From positions 1 to 40,856 of the forward strand of contig CAJVPI010000228.1 in NCBI GenBank assembly GCA_910592345.1: a DNA stretch of 40,856 nucleotides, written 5' to 3'. The stretch comes from Paraglomus brasilianum (lineage: Eukaryota). Under the pieces are notes generated by a model. The model was not told where the DNA came from and did not search any database. It saw only the letters and a program-made list of their open reading frames with translations. This document shows, piece after piece, positions 37,590-40,856 of the stretch. The translations under genes were made by a program, and so were the position numbers. The stretch's first letter is position 1, and the number at the start of each line of letters is the position of its first letter.

Positions 37590-38075
37590 CCCTTAATCTG
37601 TAGGCCAATTTGGGACATATACCTTTAATTTTGTGACGCATTTTTGAGGATGTTGTTACTTATACTATTCTATCTGTACTTTGCCATCATTAAAAGTAAT
37701 TCACCTTATCCAGGATATTTACAGAATGAGTGGTTGAAGAATAATATCGATTTAAAGAATTTTTTTTTTAAAAAAAAAAAAAGTTTATGTAAAATTTTTA
37801 AATTTTTGCAAACTATGCTTCATTGGGGCTATGTAAAGAGTCAAAGATCTCAGCAAACAGATAAAGTGAGGAATAATAGTAATGACTATTTGAAGACAGA
37901 CACCTATGCCCCCAACCCATGCTGTTTGACAGACAAAACTGCTTGCACTTTCCAAGGGCATTGTTACTATGTTATTCTTACATAATGTATTGATAAAAAT
38001 TGTTTATCTTGTTTACGGAATTCTTGTGAACTACAAATTACATTAAATGGATACATATGTGAAAAGCACATAGGT
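37590..38075 (+). mobile_element. Possible decayed piggyBac-like remnant with a Cys/His-rich tail
   Basis: CTAA|CCCTT-like end at about 37590; broken Cys/His-rich frame (FQGHCYY...CIDKNCLSC...C...YICEKH) with few CpGs. No right end found. Confidence 0.25.
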
Positions 38076-39617
38076 ATAAATTAATGTGCTATACAAAATT
38101 AAATTTAAATTTTAATTACTGTTTTTCATCTAATAAATGTTACATAATATTATTTATACTTTTAAGTAACGTTGTTCTATGTTTTATTTCAAATAAATCA
38201 TAAAAAACGGCAAACGATGACTGTTACTGCACTGATAACATAGGAAGTTTTTGCATTTTTGAGGACATTTTGCTAAGCTACTTGCATCTAGTGTATTAAC
38301 AAAAAAGGTTTATCGAGTTATTGCAATCCTGAAAAACTAAATATTATTGCAATTAACTACCTGCGTAGTTTGGCAATAAAATCATACTCTATAGTGTACA
38401 ATAACTATGCAAAACCGTCGTCGGTACAGCGGAACTTTGATGTAAATTTCCACAATCAAGGTTTTTTGTACTTATAAACTTGCATCATTATAATAATAAA
38501 GCAATTGTTAGCTATAAAACACCTTGTGAGCCTTCAACTATTTCATTACTAATCACTTAAGTATCAATATTTAGCCCAGCAGTATTACACATTACGATAG
38601 AAATTGTCCAGCGGGCAGTGGAGCTGATGGTGGATAGAATATGACAAAAAAGTTGATGCATAATATTAATTGCTTATGTTTCAACGACATTAACTTAGTA
38701 AGTGAATAAATTGTAACTTAATGAAAACTGTAGGCTATCTTTTTTACTAAAAAAATTAATCTTCCAGTACTAAGTAAACCTACTTAAATAACAAATGCTA
38801 TCTTGTTTTAACAATTTAGAGCTGATTGATTAATATTTTTGCTATACAACGGCCTTGGCAAAAACCAAGGCTTGCTTTTCTTGCATAAAAGTTAAATGCA
38901 AAAACTTAATTGAAAATTTTTTGTGAATTTAATTATCTCTTTATTGCAAGTAGAATTTGTTGTAGTAATAGTGAACAACACGATTACTGCCAAGAGTTTA
39001 GCTTATACACAAAAACTTTGTGAAATTGCATTTGATAAGCACTGTCGTTATTTTTTGCCGGGACTGTATTAGTATGATAAACTATAATTGAGTACAAAAC
39101 TAACTCAAACATTGGACAAATATTATGATGAAGATATTTTGTCTTCTGTAATTCAAAGAATGTAGTAGCAGCGCCAACACTAAAATAGATAAGACTTTAA
39201 TGCTTTAATTCAGAGACAGGTTGCTTGGATAATTGAGTTCAGCAGAAAGCAGAATTTTGTGAAATTTGTTATTGTCCTGTAACTTTAATGGAAATTCTCA
39301 ATGTTAACTTGCGATAATTTTTTAATCAAAACCTTAAGTAGATTAGGAAACTCATTATTATTATTGAATGTACGGAGCCATCATTTGCAGCATGGGATAC
39401 AATCACGTCATTCTTTAAAAAGAGCCACGGCCACGGCATTTCCGCCGGTAGAAAAATGAATGATTGGGTCATGCGGTTAACATTTCTTACTATTACTATT
39501 ATAGGTAACTTGATAGCGATACCACACATATCTTCTCTCCGCGGCATTTTTTTTACATTACCATGAATCCGTAATAGAAGATCAAAATATCAAACATATT
39601 AGGGTAGAGTTTTTGAC

Positions 39618-39763
39618 CGGAGGCATTTATTTCATCGACAATCATTCGACAGTACACTTCACCGACAGTCATTTCACGTGACACATTGTTTATCGCACTT
39701 ATCATTGGTTTTCGATGAAATTTATGTCGGTGAAACGTACTGTCGATGAAATGAACCGGACCC
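39618..39763. mobile_element. MITE (146 bp) with an 8-9 bp target-site duplication (Mutator- or hAT-type)
   Basis: Inverted ATTTCATCGACA / TGTCGATGAAAT with internal TTCA.CGACA repeats. Flanked on both sides by TTTTTGAC (39610-39617 and 39764-39771). Confidence 0.8.
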
Positions 39764-40856
39764 TTTTTGACAAATGAGAGCATTTATTTCTGGCAGTAGA
39801 CAATCGTCGACCAATATTGATAGCATGAATCATTGAGGAAATGTCTTATTCATTTTTAGTTTGAGCTTGAAAGCCTCTTGGCCGAGCAATCGTTACATCT
39901 TCCTTTTCAAAAAATGGAGTATTTGTTCAAATCTTACAGTTGGATACCACATACGTATATAGGAATGACACATACACATCGACAGTTCTTCAGTCCTTCC
40001 TCAATATCACGAGCCCCACGTGCCACTCTTATCAATAAGATGTATGTTTAATTTTGATAACAGTTAAAGCAATATCAGATCAATAAAATGATCATTGACT
40101 CACACAGTACATTCTTTCACGTAACAGGCGTCTTCACCGTACCAATCTGCCGTAAATTTTCGCCAAGTTCTTGATCAGATCCCAAGTATCCTCTGCTTTG
40201 CAAATACTCTCATTTTTTGACGAGGAATATACCGGCTTAGAGAATTCTAGATCCAAGATTGTTCATAACAAAGTCTGAGAGCTACCTGTCAGTTCTCACC
40301 TAAACAAATAATCTATACAAAGACCACTGTCAGCGGTTTTCTTCGCGAGGCGGCTGCGCTCCCTCACCGCGACTGCAGTGTCGATGCTTAGTGATGAGGC
40401 CACCGACTTAGCCAACTTCATTATACTACTCAAGTATATCTTTATAATTCTATCTCTAATATCGGACATTAACTAATTATTTCCTTGAAGAATAATTTCC
40501 TTCTTGCTAGACGAATGATTTTACGTTGACTATTATCCTTCATGATTCGCGTTTCGTAGTACACTTGTTCGCAGACTTACATTAGAATTGTGTCTCAAAT
40601 ATATCTTAGGCAACAGATATATTCTCCATCGGCCTTTCTATACTATCCGCAATAATTATAAAATATATAACAAAATAAGAATTACAACACTTCAAATCTA
40701 ATTGCTACTCTTAATGGTCTATTAATTTCGTTAATATATATTTAGGGAATTAATAACATCGCTGTTTCATTATACAGATGAAGACGAATAATATATCACC
40801 GAAGGTCAGGTTCAACAGATGTTCCTGGTAAAACGTAGCGGACGAAGAAATGCCGC

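Noticed and set aside
39780..40856. Possible degraded multi-exon gene on the minus strand at the window end
   Set aside because: Short coding-like patches with many stops; no identifiable product.
1..40856. rRNA, tRNA or prokaryotic operon/defence system
   Set aside because: No conserved rRNA or tRNA signature was seen, and there are no long ORFs or operon structure.

Overview
AT-rich (roughly one-third GC by eye), gene-poor eukaryotic DNA with short GT-AG introns (about 50-120 nt). The Tc1 and pogo relics, BTB-BACK relic, KDZ-type transposase relic and the style of the Myb gene point to a Glomeromycota-like (arbuscular mycorrhizal) fungus; this is an inference. Much of the window is transposon debris: an internally deleted pogo element, a decayed Tc1 transposase, a decayed KDZ-like transposase, about ten MITEs and a 4-unit hairpin tandem array. 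There are also several pseudogenes. The best-supported intact genes are a 3-exon two-repeat Myb gene (36692-37201), a distant Myb-derived small gene (4642-5013) and a cluster of small basic proteins I do not recognise. The cluster has four divergent coding units at 11.5, 22.2, 22.5 and 28.4 kb plus a probable fifth relic at 25.5 kb. They share a basic patch followed by LDF[TS]x...[VI]M, a coiled-coil-like segment and a phase-0 GTAAG donor at or near the same position. Three have a last exon starting [ST]T[ED]xLx[ED][YF], and two have an identical TATATAAATAC box. The two 22 kb units are fused head-to-tail and may share one terminal exon. All gene models were derived by eye without database searches.
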